DNA of 63,096 nucleotides, filler included, from an uncultured bacterium (GCA_964449065.1; 7 parts of 7 records of this genome joined end to end with filler, not necessarily neighbours in it), one strand, 5' to 3'. Counted from the whole stretch's first letter, positions 9,565 through 19,307 are shown. Numbers and translations: made by a program. The notes: generated by a model from the letters alone, not told the origin.

Positions 9565-11187
9565 CTATTCTTTCCCAATCCCCAACTTCTTCATCCGTGA
9601 CAGCAGCGTCGTCGGCTTAATCCCCAGCAACTCGGCCGCGCCGCCATGGCCGTATACTTTCCCGCCGCAGGCTTCAAGGGCACGCTCCATGTTACGTTTC
9701 TCCATTTCCTGCATTTCCTGCTCGGTGTAGATTTTGGTTTCATCAATGGCCTTCGGTGGTTCGGGCAAAGAGGGGGCATTCGGGATCAACGGGCTTTCAT
9801 TGGGCAAATCGATGCGCAGCGGGCCGCAGCGTGAGGTAATCACCGCCCGCTGAATCACATTTTGCAACTCGCGGATATTTCCGGGCCAGGTGTATTCCTG
9901 CATGAGCATTAGCCCCGCTTCGGTCAGTTGCGGTTTGGTGCAGCCCAGTTTTTTGGCTTCCAATTGCAAAAAGTGCATCGCCAGCGGGGGCACGTCTTCA
10001 ATCCGCTCACGCAGCGGGGGTATCTCCACCGGGAACACATTGAGCCGATAAAACAAGTCGCTGCGAAAGCGCCCGTCTTCCACCTCTTTCTTCAAACTGC
10101 GGTTGGTCGCGGCAATAATGCGAACATCCACACGGCGGGTTTTTTCTTCCCCCACCCGCTCGTAGGTGCCTTCTTGCAACACACGCAACAGCTTGCCTTG
10201 CAATTCAAGCGGTATTTCTCCGACCTCATCCAAAAACAGCGTTCCCCCGTCGGCAGCCTGAAAGCGCCCCATACGGTCTCGCACCGCCCCGGTAAACGCC
10301 CCTTTGATGTGACCAAAGAATTCACTCTCATACAATTCTTTGGGGATGGAAGCGCAGTTGACCTTAATCAGCGGCTTCTCTGCTCTGCTGCTGCGTTTAT
10401 GGATCTCACGTGCCGCCAATTCTTTCCCGGTGCCGGATTCACCCAAGATCAAAACATTGGCATCCGTCGGCGCAACCAAGTCAATCTTTTCAATCACATT
10501 CCGCATCGCCTGGCTGTGCCCGATGATTTCACCGCTGTAGGCATGTTCCAGCACTTCTTCGCGCAGAAAGGTGTTCTCCAATTCAAGTTGATGGCTCAGC
10601 CGGTCAATCTCTTCGAACGCGCGAACGTTGGTCACCGCCGCCGCGGCATGATCTGCCACCATGCGCAGCCACGAGCTGCACTCGCTGGTGGGTTGGATAC
10701 GGGTGAACACCACCAACACGCCAATCACATCGCCTTTATGGATTAAGGGTTGCCCGCATAAACTTTTTATACCCTCACTCTCCACCCAATCCGGATTCGT
10801 AATCCACGTATGGTCCGTCCGGACATTGTTAATTTCAACACATTCCCCACTGGACGCGATTTTTCCTACTTTGCGCACCCCCAACGGAAAACGCCGGGAA
10901 TCCCCATCCAGTCGCGACCAATCTTCATCCGAATGATTAGGGTTCCCCGCACTGGCGGTTAGATGCAGGCAGTTGGTGTACTGCCGGCATTCATCACGAA
11001 AATTGCATATCCGGCATTGATCACCGGGTTGGATTAGCCAAATACGCGCCAGCGCCACGAAAGGAAGAGAAGCAAAGCGGTTCACGATCAGTGATAACAG
11101 CGAATTGATTGACCGCTCTTCCGCCATTTCCAGCAGCAGCGATTTAAAGAAATCCACTTCGAACTTTGTATCGGATACAGTAACCAT
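9565..11187 (-). CDS. Sigma54-dependent transcriptional activator with N-terminal GAF domain (FhlA/NorR-like)
   Basis: GESGTGKE, GAFTGA, FLDEVGE, WPGNIRELQN, C-terminal Fis-type HTH. Cys-rich insert in the GAF domain. Confidence 0.93.
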   Translation of the reverse strand: MVTVSDTKFEVDFFKSLLLEMAEERSINSLLSLIVNRFASLPFVALARIWLIQPGDQCRICNFRDECRQYTNCLHLTASAGNPNHSDEDWSRLDGDSRRFPLGVRKVGKIASSGECVEINNVRTDHTWITNPDWVESEGIKSLCGQPLIHKGDVIGVLVVFTRIQPTSECSSWLRMVADHAAAAVTNVRAFEEIDRLSHQLELENTFLREEVLEHAYSGEIIGHSQAMRNVIEKIDLVAPTDANVLILGESGTGKELAAREIHKRSSRAEKPLIKVNCASIPKELYESEFFGHIKGAFTGAVRDRMGRFQAADGGTLFLDEVGEIPLELQGKLLRVLQEGTYERVGEEKTRRVDVRIIAATNRSLKKEVEDGRFRSDLFYRLNVFPVEIPPLRERIEDVPPLAMHFLQLEAKKLGCTKPQLTEAGLMLMQEYTWPGNIRELQNVIQRAVITSRCGPLRIDLPNESPLIPNAPSLPEPPKAIDETKIYTEQEMQEMEKRNMERALEACGGKVYGHGGAAELLGIKPTTLLSRMKKLGIGKE

Positions 11188-11198
11188 GTTTTCAGTAT

Positions 11199-11334
11199 AA
11201 CGAAAATTTGATTATTGTGCAACGATATTTCGAAAAACACGATTTTTCGTGGGCGCAATATAAATCTGATTATAATCTAACCACAATAATATCAATAACT
11301 TTTAAACACCACCAAAATTGGCACGTTTTTAACT
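11199..11334 (+). promoter_or_regulatory. Candidate enhancer sites and sigma54 promoter for the AhpD-like gene
   Basis: Three CGA-N4-TYG boxes at 11201, 11223 and 11240. TGGCACGTTTTTAACT at 11319-11334. Confidence 0.55.
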
Positions 11335-11385
11335 ATATAGATGAATGAAAGTAATGAACAAAATCAAATGAAACGGAGAAAGATC

Positions 11386-11937
11386 ATGCCAAGAATCAAG
11401 CAATTTACTTTAGACACAGCCGAAGGAAAAACCAAAGAGCTTCTCGAAGGCGTTAAGAAAAAAGCCGGTAAAATACCGAACATCCTTACACACATGGCCA
11501 CCTCACCCGCGGCGTTGGAAGGCTATTTAAACTTCAGCGGAGCATTGGCAAACACATCTCTGTCCGATAAATTGCGCGAGCAAATCGCGCTAACGGTAGC
11601 GGAAATCAACGGCTGCGATTACTGCGCCGCCGCCCACAGCGCTGTCGGTAAAATGAAAGGCTTAAACCAAGATGAACTCATCGATGCGCGCAAAGGAACT
11701 GCCCCGGACAGCAAAGACGCAGCCGCGTTGGAATTCACCCGTGCAATCGTTGAGAAAAAAGGTTTCGTCACAGACGGCGATCTCGAAAAAGTCCGCGACG
11801 CGGGATACTCGGACGGGGAAATTATTGAAATCGTGGCGGTTACTAGTTTAAACACTTATACCAACTACATCAACCACGTCGCCGAAACCGAATTGGATTT
11901 CCCGGAACTACCCAAACTCGATACAGCAAACGCATAA
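11386..11937 (+). CDS. AhpD/carboxymuconolactone decarboxylase family peroxidase-related protein
   Basis: REQIALTVAEINGCDYCAAAH (CxxC-H) motif. GGAG RBS before ATG 11386. Confidence 0.9.
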   Translation: MPRIKQFTLDTAEGKTKELLEGVKKKAGKIPNILTHMATSPAALEGYLNFSGALANTSLSDKLREQIALTVAEINGCDYCAAAHSAVGKMKGLNQDELIDARKGTAPDSKDAAALEFTRAIVEKKGFVTDGDLEKVRDAGYSDGEIIEIVAVTSLNTYTNYINHVAETELDFPELPKLDTANA

Positions 11938-11967
11938 CCCCTCATACTCACACACTCCCAACTGCAA

Positions 11968-11999
11968 GCGGTGCCCCTCTCCGGCACCGCACTTTTTTT
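11968..11999 (+). terminator. Rho-independent terminator
   Basis: GCGGTGCC-loop-GGCACCGC followed by a T run. Confidence 0.85.
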
Positions 12000-12118
12000 C
12001 TGACGAACCGGCATCCATGATTAAAAAGTCTATTCTTGTAGTGCAGCCTTCCAGCCTGCCGATGCCGTTGTCTCCCCCAAATCATTTGGGAGAGATATCC
12101 AACGTAAGGAGAATTTGC

Positions 12119-12541
12119 TTATTTTTTCGCGGCTTTCTTTTTCTTTTGAAAGGTATCAAACCGGGTTTTGGCCAAGAAGTTCTGGATGCTGTTTCGGATC
12201 GCTTCCAGCTGATCGTGCACCGGACAGTTTTCACCTTTGCCGCATTGGCCGCGTCCGTACGGGCATGAAAGTTCATCGTCTTCGCGCTCAAAAATTTTGG
12301 CGACATCCTTAAAACTGATCTCTTTCGGCGGTTTGGCGAGCGTATACCCGCCACCCGGACCACGACTGCCGGTTACCAACCGTGCCTGCGATAAGTAGGT
12401 CAACAACTTGGCCACAAACGGTTTTGGAAGATTGCGCTTTTCAGCGATTTCCGCCGAGGAGCAGGTTGTGTCTCCTCCATCATAAATTTCAGCGAGATAG
12501 CTGATCGCGGAGATGGCATCTTGAGTGGAACGATTGTACAT
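12119..12541 (-). CDS. Rrf2 family transcriptional regulator (Fe-S type)
   Basis: LVTGSRGPGGGYTLAKPP motif. C-terminal C-x6-C-x5-C. Confidence 0.92.
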   Translation of the reverse strand: MYNRSTQDAISAISYLAEIYDGGDTTCSSAEIAEKRNLPKPFVAKLLTYLSQARLVTGSRGPGGGYTLAKPPKEISFKDVAKIFEREDDELSCPYGRGQCGKGENCPVHDQLEAIRNSIQNFLAKTRFDTFQKKKKAAKK

Positions 12542-12720
12542 AGTGTTACCCTGTCTATTAAAAATTCGAATTCATACAAAAAGCATAGTGGATATCTTAA
12601 TCCGAATGTAAAATTATACTAGATTAAATTTTCATGCAAGTCTTTCTTTCTCCTTAAAGAACACATCAGACCGGTGTTTAATGTACCGTTTTTGAATATC
12701 GTGTTAAGAAAGGCCAGTAG

Positions 12721-13665
12721 ATGTCATATTGGATTACCGGCTGTGCAGGCTTTATCGGCAGTCATATATGCGAAACACTCTTGTCTCAAAACCATGCCGT
12801 GATTGGAAACGATTCGTTTACGGATTACTATCCGGTCGAATTGAAACAAAAGAATCTGCAAAAATTGACGGCACATCCCAACTTTCGGTTTATTGATGGC
12901 GATTTGCTTACGGTTGATATTTCTTCCATTCTGGATGGGATCGATTGCATTTTTCATACCGCCGGCCAGCCCGGTGTCCGCGCCAGTTGGGGCAGCCACT
13001 TTGATGAATACGTCAACAACAACATCCTCGCGACCCAACGTTTGCTTGAAACCGTCCGTGAGACCGGATCAAACGCCCGTGTTGTTTATTCCTCATCTTC
13101 ATCTATCTATGGCAACACCACCGATTTGCCGATGCGCGAAACTACACTGCCGAACCCTTACTCTCCCTACGGCATGACCAAACTGGCCGCGGAACATCTC
13201 AGCCATTTGTACTTCGCCAATTATGGGATTCCAGTTGTCTCGCTCCGGTATTTTACCGTGTACGGTCCCCGGCAGCGTCCTGATATGTTCTTCCATATCT
13301 TGATTAAAGCGCTCTTGCAAAACGAGCCCATTCACATCTTTGGCGACGGCAAACAAACCCGCGATTTCACGTATGTGGGAGATATCGTGCAGGCCAATTT
13401 GAACGCCGCAAAAAAACCGGTTGCGGGGGAACGCTTCAACATCGGCGGAGGAAGCCGCGTATCCCTGCTTGAAGTGCTGAGCACTCTTGAAGTTATTTCC
13501 GGGATGAAACCCAACACAGTTTTTACTGAAAAAACCAAGGGCGATGTAAACGATACCTGGGCCGATACCTCAAAAGCCCATACCCTTTTAGACTACAAAC
13601 CATCCACCACTCTCGAAGAGGGTTTGCGGAAACAATTTGAATGGGAAAAAGAACTATACAAATAA
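12721..13665 (+). CDS. NAD-dependent nucleotide-sugar epimerase/dehydratase
   Basis: TGCAGFIGSH, YSSSSSIYG, YGMTK, RYFTVYGPRQRPDM. Confidence 0.92.
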   Translation: MSYWITGCAGFIGSHICETLLSQNHAVIGNDSFTDYYPVELKQKNLQKLTAHPNFRFIDGDLLTVDISSILDGIDCIFHTAGQPGVRASWGSHFDEYVNNNILATQRLLETVRETGSNARVVYSSSSSIYGNTTDLPMRETTLPNPYSPYGMTKLAAEHLSHLYFANYGIPVVSLRYFTVYGPRQRPDMFFHILIKALLQNEPIHIFGDGKQTRDFTYVGDIVQANLNAAKKPVAGERFNIGGGSRVSLLEVLSTLEVISGMKPNTVFTEKTKGDVNDTWADTSKAHTLLDYKPSTTLEEGLRKQFEWEKELYK

Positions 13666-13754
13666 CAGCCTCATCTGACGTTTATCAAACTACACTTCCT
13701 CTCAAAAGCAACTATGAAGAATATCAGCAATGCGTTTTGATTCCATTGAACAGG

Positions 13755-13785
13755 ACTTCCGGTCCGGCGGGAGCCTCGCCCTCCC
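13755..13785 (+). repeat. REP-like element ACTTCCGGCTCGGCGGGAGCCTCGCCCTCCC (family A)
   Basis: Other copies at 15699-15730, 41541-41571 and 43211-43242 (inverted). Confidence 0.85.
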
Positions 13786-13828
13786 AAAGGCCGCATAATT
13801 TGACAACTACTTTAGGACAATTATCTCA

Positions 13829-14593
13829 ATGGATCACTATTCTTGGAATACGAATTTGTATCAAACCTCGCATAACTTTGTTTATGAATACGGCAAAGAT
13901 GTAATTCAGTTGCTCAATCCTCATCAGGGAGAAACCATTCTGGATTTGGGGTGCGGCACCGGGCAGCTGACAAATAAAATTGCCCAATCCGGGGCGCATG
14001 TTGTTGGAATTGATGCATCGGAAAATATGATTGCGGAAGCCAAGCAAAACTATCCGGCATTGGATTTTCGGGCTAATGATGCGCGTTCATTTGATTTGGG
14101 CATTCCATTTGACGCGGTATTCTCAAACGCGGTACTGCATTGGATTCGCCCACCGGAAGCGGTGGTTGAGCGGATAGCGAATGCGCTAAAGCCGGGAGGG
14201 CGAATGGCGGTTGAGTTTGGCGGGAAGTATAACATCAACACCGCGCATACCGCGTTAGAAAATGCCATCAACCTGATGAACAAACCGGGGCTCACTGCCA
14301 GACAGAATAAGTTTTTCCCGTCGATTGGTGAATATACCCCACTGCTTGAACAACACGGACTTGAAGTTCGGCAGGCGTTTTTGTTTGACCGTCCTACTCC
14401 GCTTGAGGGCGGGGAGAATGGGCTGCGGAATTGGTTTGAGCAATTCACGGACGATCTGCTGCAAAATCTCACCGCCGATGAAAAAGAGCACGTATTACGC
14501 GAAGCGGAAACCGAGTTGCGTCCGCTACTATACAAAGACAACCAGTGGTTTATGGATTACCGGCGGATACGGATATTGGCCGTGAAACCGTAA
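13829..14593 (+). CDS. Class I SAM-dependent methyltransferase (trans-aconitate MTase-like)
   Basis: ILDLGCGTG, FDAVFSNAVLHW, LKPGG. Confidence 0.9.
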   Translation: MDHYSWNTNLYQTSHNFVYEYGKDVIQLLNPHQGETILDLGCGTGQLTNKIAQSGAHVVGIDASENMIAEAKQNYPALDFRANDARSFDLGIPFDAVFSNAVLHWIRPPEAVVERIANALKPGGRMAVEFGGKYNINTAHTALENAINLMNKPGLTARQNKFFPSIGEYTPLLEQHGLEVRQAFLFDRPTPLEGGENGLRNWFEQFTDDLLQNLTADEKEHVLREAETELRPLLYKDNQWFMDYRRIRILAVKP

Positions 14594-14653
14594 TATAAAT
14601 ATAATCAACGTGTATTCTTATCAGGTTCATTCAATCCACGCTTGCCACTCAAG

Positions 14654-14688
14654 GGGAGAATCGATTCGCTGGTAGTATCGATTCTCCC
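14654..14688. terminator. Hairpin between convergent genes
   Basis: GGGAGAATCGAT...ATCGATTCTCCC, 12-bp stem. Confidence 0.65.
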
Positions 14689-14706
14689 ACGCTTCCGACG
14701 AATCCA

Positions 14707-15546
14707 TTATGGAGTTGGGTCATTCCAATTGCGAATACCGCTGGGAATGCCAAATTGAATCTCTACCGGTTTATCAACTTTTAGCCAAAATGCAGCAAGC
14801 GCATTCAGGTTATAGGTGACACCATTCCGTACCACTTCACCGGCGTCTTCTACTTCTACCGCGAAGATCCACCAGGCAGCTCTTGGTAGGGTATGCGTGA
14901 ATACCCCGTTGGGGTCAGTTTTTACTTCCCGGGTAATAAACGGTTCCGGTGGCAGCAATTCAGGATTGGGAATCCGTTCTAAAAATTCTTCGATCTGTAC
15001 AACCGCATTGGGAACCGGCTCATCCCCCATCAACAGTTGTCCGGTAAACACAAACCCCTCTTCTAATCCATAGGGGCGTGTTAGCGGTACGATTTCAAGC
15101 GGTTGTCCCGTGCGGTTATCCCATCCCCCGGATTCTTCTGTATGAACGACCAATTTAATATATTCTTGATGAAGACTATTATTAAAACCAATTTCCGGAT
15201 TTGAATCGACAGCCAATATTGTATCGCCGCGTGTATCCGGCGTGAAACGAAGAGACCACACTTCATTTTCCTGACCGTCTACCACAAAAACATCTCGGGT
15301 TAAATTCCCGGTAATATCCTCTCTCGTTCCATCAGGTTTTACGGCAATCACTTGTTCCGGCATGTTGGTGGGTGTGTATTCTTGTTCAAACGGATGCGCA
15401 GAGACAAAAAACAAGTCGATTCCAACATTAAGCTCGCCGCCTACCGGAACAAAAGGGGAATCGGATATAAACACGGGAAAGTGTGCACTCGATGTGTTTG
15501 TGAAGAATCCTAAAATCGTAATACCATACAACAAAAATTTTTTCAT
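14707..15546 (-). CDS. DUF4198 (NikM-like) secreted protein with a short C-terminal tail
   Basis: Signal peptide ending SSA-H. AHPFEQ, GQPLEIVPLTRPYGL, FTGQLL..G.PVPNA.V, VKTDPNGVF..P..WWIF motifs. Confidence 0.85.
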   Translation of the reverse strand: MKKFLLYGITILGFFTNTSSAHFPVFISDSPFVPVGGELNVGIDLFFVSAHPFEQEYTPTNMPEQVIAVKPDGTREDITGNLTRDVFVVDGQENEVWSLRFTPDTRGDTILAVDSNPEIGFNNSLHQEYIKLVVHTEESGGWDNRTGQPLEIVPLTRPYGLEEGFVFTGQLLMGDEPVPNAVVQIEEFLERIPNPELLPPEPFITREVKTDPNGVFTHTLPRAAWWIFAVEVEDAGEVVRNGVTYNLNALAAFWLKVDKPVEIQFGIPSGIRNWNDPTP

Positions 15547-15698
15547 GACCTGCCTCCTATGTTTGTTTTGTTTATGCCAATGGAATATTTAATGCCTAAG
15601 GTTATTCATTTTATGAACCGCGAAAGCACGCTAATTTTTGCGGATAAAGACTTGGCTATACCGATTTAAAAAAGTATGTTCTGATTGACTGATAACTA

Positions 15699-15818
15699 TA
15701 CTTCCGGCCCGGCGGGAGCCTCGCCCTCCCAAATATACTTTTCGGTTTATCGCTTTTGCTAATACTGTCTTTTAATTGCGATTCACTTTTTCACACACCG
15801 GCTGGAATCCGATGCTAC
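15699..15818. repeat. Two REP-like elements
   Basis: Family A copy at 15699-15730. Inverted GTAGCATCGGATTCCAGCCGGT at 15797-15818 matches 43127-43148. Confidence 0.75.
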
Positions 15819-15847
15819 CCAAAACGGCTAAATTTTGGGTAATAACT

Positions 15848-16729
15848 CTAAAACAACTGCCAATTGTGTAGTGCTGCGGGGGCTCTGCCGTCTTCAAAAC
15901 CATGTTCCAGCCGAGTGCCGCTATGGCCTGTACCGCCGTGTCCGGTGGGTACACTCCAATCGACGCTGCTGATCATAAATTCGTCAAACAAAAACGTTCC
16001 GGTACGGATAATGATTGCGGGCTGGGCGTTGGGTGAAAACTCCAATCCGCTGAGGTCTAATGTTTGATTGCCTTGAAATCCCACAATATGAGAATCAAAG
16101 AAAAATTTCGCGATGCTTCCATCACCATAGCGCAAATTTCCGTTTGGCAGCGTTTCGATATTGGGTGCCGTGATGGTTACCCCGTAATGATGCCAATCGT
16201 TGACCGGTGGAAAACTCATAAATCCGGGCGCGCTGTAGTCCGTGGTTTCTAAATTCATTGTATTTGCCCCAATTAATTGAAAACGGTCACCCGCTTCTCC
16301 AATCCTCATACGCAGTGAAACGCCGTTTAAAAAGCCAAATTGCACATCCACGTTGAACTCAGCAAAACGCAGCCACAATTCGATTGACATTTCTTGTGTG
16401 GGGTGCGCCACTTCCCCTTCCGCAATTAACGATTGCGGGGAGCTCGATAATAACGAGCGCAAAAGCACTTCACGCGGAACATCCACGGTGGAAAGCAAGC
16501 CGTCTCCACCGGTCTCGCGAATGAACAAGTGCAAATCTTCCACACCGGTTTCGGTGCGCAACAAGTTGCCCGGCTGTACGTCTTCTTCATCAAAATGATA
16601 GAGAACCACTGTCCAAGGGCCGGTATGGTTACGCTGCTTCCAAATTGGATGGCTGGAAACCGCTGCCGGCAGCAGCATGAGTAACACTAGTGTTTTGACA
16701 ATACCTTTTTTGTTCATCCGATTACTCAC
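15848..16729 (-). CDS. Secreted protein, LamG/concanavalin-like fold, with His/Gly C-terminal segment
   Basis: Signal peptide. TVVLYHFDE, SIELWLR, DWHHYGVT, FFFD and FDEFMIS are LamG-like motifs. Confidence 0.65.
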   Translation of the reverse strand: MSNRMNKKGIVKTLVLLMLLPAAVSSHPIWKQRNHTGPWTVVLYHFDEEDVQPGNLLRTETGVEDLHLFIRETGGDGLLSTVDVPREVLLRSLLSSSPQSLIAEGEVAHPTQEMSIELWLRFAEFNVDVQFGFLNGVSLRMRIGEAGDRFQLIGANTMNLETTDYSAPGFMSFPPVNDWHHYGVTITAPNIETLPNGNLRYGDGSIAKFFFDSHIVGFQGNQTLDLSGLEFSPNAQPAIIIRTGTFLFDEFMISSVDWSVPTGHGGTGHSGTRLEHGFEDGRAPAALHNWQLF

Positions 16730-16735
16730 AATTGA

Positions 16736-17305
16736 TTATGGCCCAAAGCGGGAAATATCACCCGCGCTCAGCAATCCATTCGACGTGTGATAGGGCAATC
16801 CGGTGTGGGATGCCACCCGGTCCGGCCCCATTGACCATAACTGCCAAAGCAGGCGCCCCTGCTTGCCGGAATGGTTTTGATAATGCACAAAAATATGCGC
16901 CCCGCTGAACAGTTGCTGTTTGTATTCTTGGTCATACCCATGCACATACTTATACGGCTTTGGCTTTGTTTCCCCTCCACTGCCTTCTAACACTTTGGGC
17001 GGAAACGGATCTACCGGTATCTGAGACAAATAGGCAATGGGGGTTGTCATACTTACCGGAAGATAGGTAACCGTTGCCCCGCTTAAGGCGCTGATCTCAT
17101 CCAGCGGATGGTTGTAATACGGGTAACTGCCGTAATCCAGCGCATATTGCTCAATGGCGGTTGCACAGTTTTTCATATCCGCCTGGGTACGCGCCACCAT
17201 CGCGCGGATGTTGGCTTGCATAAAATTAGGAACCGCAATGGCGGCCAGAATCCCTATGATTGCCACGACGATCAACAACTCAATCAAAGTGAATGCGGAT
17301 TTCAA
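16736..17305 (-). CDS. Prepilin-type N-terminal cleavage/methylation domain protein (GspG/pilin-like)
   Basis: AFTLIELLIVVAIIGILAAIAVPNF. Confidence 0.9.
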   Translation of the reverse strand: MKSAFTLIELLIVVAIIGILAAIAVPNFMQANIRAMVARTQADMKNCATAIEQYALDYGSYPYYNHPLDEISALSGATVTYLPVSMTTPIAYLSQIPVDPFPPKVLEGSGGETKPKPYKYVHGYDQEYKQQLFSGAHIFVHYQNHSGKQGRLLWQLWSMGPDRVASHTGLPYHTSNGLLSAGDISRFGP

Positions 17306-17473
17306 AGCAACCGTCCAGTATTACCTTTTTTATAAAGATAATACGGTTAATGAAAAGATCAAGTGGTTTCCATCAATTTAATGGGAAATTAATATAGAGT
17401 TTTCCCAATAGATTTTTCCCTTGATTATTCCGGTACGTGGAGCATAAACGAAAGTCAGTATTTCAAAGCCGTC

Positions 17474-18019
17474 TTATTTTTGCCGTTGAAGGGAATATTG
17501 ATTGCGTACGAACCAAGCTTCGGTATTCTTGCGGCGTACTTCTTTGGTTACGGTTAATTTATCTTTGTTTCTGATAATCGTTTTGCGCATATCCGAGAGG
17601 ATGCCATTGTCTTTGCCCTCACCGCGCAAGACTACTTTGTAGGATTGTTTTTCTTTGTTGATTTGTTTTTCCGATACCAGCCATTCGCCTTCAAACAAGA
17701 CTTTCGTGCCGTCTATGATTTTTATTTCTCCTTCACCATTCATTTTTGAACCGTTTGGCTCCTTGAAGGTAGACTGGATATGCAAAAATTGCTTGTAATC
17801 TTCCGGGTCGGTTTTTTTGGTAATGAGAAGGTTCGCTTGCAGTTTGACTTTGGTTCCATCATCCCGATAATCCAAATATTCCAACTGACCTTCCCATTCT
17901 CCTTCGAGAAACGAAAGGTCTTCGATAAACACAATGAGCGGGTCATCCGGTACAGCATGACCGATCGTTATCATTACCGAAATCATTACAGCGTAAAATA
18001 GGAGTCCTATTTGCTTCAT
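17474..18019 (-). CDS. Secreted hypothetical protein (lipocalin-like beta-barrel?)
   Basis: Signal peptide. LEGEWEGQLEYLDY motif. Confidence 0.7.
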   Translation of the reverse strand: MKQIGLLFYAVMISVMITIGHAVPDDPLIVFIEDLSFLEGEWEGQLEYLDYRDDGTKVKLQANLLITKKTDPEDYKQFLHIQSTFKEPNGSKMNGEGEIKIIDGTKVLFEGEWLVSEKQINKEKQSYKVVLRGEGKDNGILSDMRKTIIRNKDKLTVTKEVRRKNTEAWFVRNQYSLQRQK

Positions 18020-18268
18020 AGAGTTTCACCTTATTATCTGATGTTACGCAACGAAGAGACTGTCGTTGTTATCCCCCCTTATTAAGGGGGGATAGGGGGG
18101 GNNNNNNNNNNNNNNNNNNNNNNNNNNNNNNNNNNNNNNNNNNNNTTAATTAATTAANNNNNNNNNNNNNNNNNNNNNNNNNNNNNNNNNNNNNNNNNNN
18201 NATGTACTGTTTCACGGTTTGCCTCCCATAAAATAACAGAGTCTTAATGAGTATATCGAAGAATTGCC

Positions 18269-18331
18269 TAAATCAACTATAAGTTGATTTAAAGATTTTG
18301 TCTTACTGAATCAAATAAGTTGGTTTATAAT
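18269..18331 (+). promoter_or_regulatory. Perfect palindrome and sigma70-like promoter upstream of dinD
   Basis: TAAATCAACT-ATA-AGTTGATTTA (18269-18291). TTACTG-17-TATAAT (18303-18331). Confidence 0.5.
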
Positions 18332-18347
18332 GAACGATAAAAAATAG

Positions 18348-19208
18348 GTGGGAATCATGGCTGATATTTTTCCAACTCAAGATTTATTCCATTTCAATGA
18401 TGAACAAGAATCGTTTGAGGATTTTGGACACGAGAATGGATATCGATATTGGTACGCTAGGGATTTAATGAAAATGCTAGGATATCAATCATACGATAGT
18501 TTTAAAAAAGCGATCAACAAAGCGATGGCCAGTTGCGCAACGCTCAATATAAGTATAATGGATAATTTTATACAAGATTCAAGGGAAATTGATGGAAAAA
18601 CGCATGAAGACTACAAATTATCAAAATTTGCCTGTTATTTAACCGTAATGAATGGTGATGTTTCAAAAACAAAAGTAGCGAAAGCACAAGCATATTTCGC
18701 CACATTAGCAGATGCGGTTCAGCGGTATATTAAAGAATCAGAGGATATTGAAAGGGTTCTTGTTCGGGATGAAATATCTGAGCATGAAAAAACGCTAAGC
18801 AGTACGGCAAAACAAGCAGGTGTTCAGCATTATGGCATGTTTAAAGACAATGGGTATATGGGACTCTATAATATGAGTCTGAGAAAGTTAAAGAAAGTTA
18901 AGGGCATTCCTGATAAAAGAACACCTTTGGATTTTATGGGAAAAACGGAATTAGCAGCAAATCTTTTCCGAATAACACAAACTGAAGAAAAAATCAAAAA
19001 AGAATCCTTAAGAGGGCAAAAATCTTTAGAAAATACCGCATACAATGTAGGTAGAACAGTTCGAAACACAATGAAACAATTAAGTGGTACTAAACCGGAA
19101 GATTTACCCGTTAAGCAAGATATAAAAAAAGTGAAATCAGACCTAAAGAAAACTCACAAAGAATTTCAAAAAGACAAATCAAAACAAATTAAATCAAAAG
19201 ATGACTAA
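18348..19208 (+). CDS. dinD: DNA damage-inducible protein D family (BRO-N-like) protein
   Basis: YWYARDLM..LGY, DYKLSKFACYL..MNGD, AQAYFA, LDFMG.TELAANLFRITQTEEK. AT-rich relative to its neighbours. Confidence 0.85.
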   Translation: MGIMADIFPTQDLFHFNDEQESFEDFGHENGYRYWYARDLMKMLGYQSYDSFKKAINKAMASCATLNISIMDNFIQDSREIDGKTHEDYKLSKFACYLTVMNGDVSKTKVAKAQAYFATLADAVQRYIKESEDIERVLVRDEISEHEKTLSSTAKQAGVQHYGMFKDNGYMGLYNMSLRKLKKVKGIPDKRTPLDFMGKTELAANLFRITQTEEKIKKESLRGQKSLENTAYNVGRTVRNTMKQLSGTKPEDLPVKQDIKKVKSDLKKTHKEFQKDKSKQIKSKDD

Positions 19209-19307
19209 CCTTTGTTTTTCTTCCCTTCTTGCCGAAGAATTCACGATTCCAAAAAAATATGGTATTTTCGTACTTTGTCTCTTTAAGAGTATAGAGGGAG
19301 GTATGTT

